From: a virus
Lineage: Duplodnaviria; Heunggongvirae; Uroviricota; Caudoviricetes
Direction: 5' to 3' (one strand)
DNA length: 64,000 nucleotides
Virus record (IMG/VR): IMGVR_UViG_3300046519_000060
Span: 1 to 64,000 of that record
The translations under genes were made by a program, and so were the position numbers. Below, piece by piece: positions 63,063-64,000 of this stretch (its first letter is position 1; the number at the start of each line of letters is the position of its first letter). The notes beneath the pieces are model-generated. The model did no database searches and was not told the origin of the DNA. It saw only the letters and a program-made list of their open reading frames with translations.

Positions 63063-64000
63063 ATGGATTACTTCGTTGGTGTCGTTGAAGATCGTCTCGA
63101 TCCGCTCAAACTTGGGCGTTGTCGCGTCCGCGTCTTCGGCGTGCATACGGACAACAAGGGAGACTTGCCGACCGCCGATCTACCGTGGGCGATGCCCGTC
63201 ACTCCGATCAACAGCGCAAGCACGTCTGGCGTCGGTATGTCCCCTACGGGCATTGTACAGGGCGCATGGGTCGTTGGATTCTTCATGGATGGGGAAGATC
63301 GTCAGCAGTTCATGATGACGGGTACGCTCACGTCCATTCAGGCCGCAACGATCATCAAGCAACAAACGGCCACGACAAGCACGACTACAACTAGTTCCGG
63401 CACAGCAACAGCGTCGGCCCCGGTAGCGGCTGGCGATGCGGTAGTAACGGATTCGACGCCGGTCGTCAACAGTGTCTCCGGTTCCGTCGATCCGACAACC
63501 GTGCGTCAGCCGTCAGGTTGGATTCTGGGTCAGACCTCGAAGCAGTATGAGTCTGGCGGGAAGGGTCCGGGTACGATCAACAACTATGCGAACAGTGGCG
63601 ACTTGGGCGGCGCATCATATGGCACGTACCAGTTCGCCTCATACCTTCCGCGCACGATGCCGAATGGTAAGTCACGTCCAAACCCGACGAACTCACCTGT
63701 GGTCGCATACGTGGCGCAGTCGAAGTATTCGAACAAGTTTGCAGGATGTACACCGGGTACGTCAGCGTGGGATGCTGCATGGAAGGGTTGTGCGTCATCT
63801 GATCCACAAGGCTTCGCGGATGACCAACACGCCTACGTGAAGGCCAAGTACTATGATGTCATGATCGGCAACCTGAAACGGGCTGGCCTTGATCTGACAT
63901 CGTTTGGCGCTGGTGTGCAGGATTTGGTTTGGAGTACTGCGGTCCAGATGGGACCGGCACGTACATCGGTGTTCCTCACGCCGTTGAAGGGTCAAACACG
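63063..64000 (+). CDS. 5: baseplate central spike/hub gp5-like with lysozyme-type domain (partial, continues past window)
   Basis: MDYFVGVVEDRLDPLKLGRCRVRVFGVHTD parallels T4 gp5 N-terminal OB domain; no stop before 64000. Confidence 0.7.
   Translation, partial: MDYFVGVVEDRLDPLKLGRCRVRVFGVHTDNKGDLPTADLPWAMPVTPINSASTSGVGMSPTGIVQGAWVVGFFMDGEDRQQFMMTGTLTSIQAATIIKQQTATTSTTTTSSGTATASAPVAAGDAVVTDSTPVVNSVSGSVDPTTVRQPSGWILGQTSKQYESGGKGPGTINNYANSGDLGGASYGTYQFASYLPRTMPNGKSRPNPTNSPVVAYVAQSKYSNKFAGCTPGTSAWDAAWKGCASSDPQGFADDQHAYVKAKYYDVMIGNLKRAGLDLTSFGAGVQDLVWSTAVQMGPARTSVFLTPLKGQT

Overview
This 64-kb window is a T4-like (Tevenvirinae-type) myovirus genome segment with about 50% GC, dense coding, mostly on the plus strand. 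The first two thirds (1-48 kb) look like an early/middle region: many small ORFs behind a repeated sigma70-type promoter cassette (TTGACA, a conserved GAATTCCCAAACCTG spacer, TATAAT, and a conserved leader), several of them carrying an inverted repeat, which recalls the promoter-early stem-loops (PeSLs) of T4-type phages. Recognisable genes are dCMP deaminase, a GIY-YIG protein, RNase H, two metallophosphoesterases, a SpoT/Mesh1-like (p)ppGpp hydrolase, the NatV/NadV NAD+ salvage pair, DNA ligase, PhoH, T4-type lysozyme, a SleB-like hydrolase, gp33/gp59/gp32, a 2H phosphoesterase and an RMF-like micro-protein. The last third (42-64 kb) is a late, baseplate-type module: a 723-aa glycine-zipper protein operon, gp54/gp48-like tail-tube-fold proteins, gp4-like head completion nuclease, gp53, gp27-like, and the start of gp5, preceded by a late-promoter-like motif CTAAATAG(TT). 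The most unusual content is a tightly coupled array of seven paralogous LRV/HEAT-type helical-repeat proteins plus a thioredoxin inserted between baseplate genes, and a cluster of six paralogous small proteins that all end in a GW-x-SS-x-C C-terminal tail. No tRNA, CRISPR array or transposon was found.
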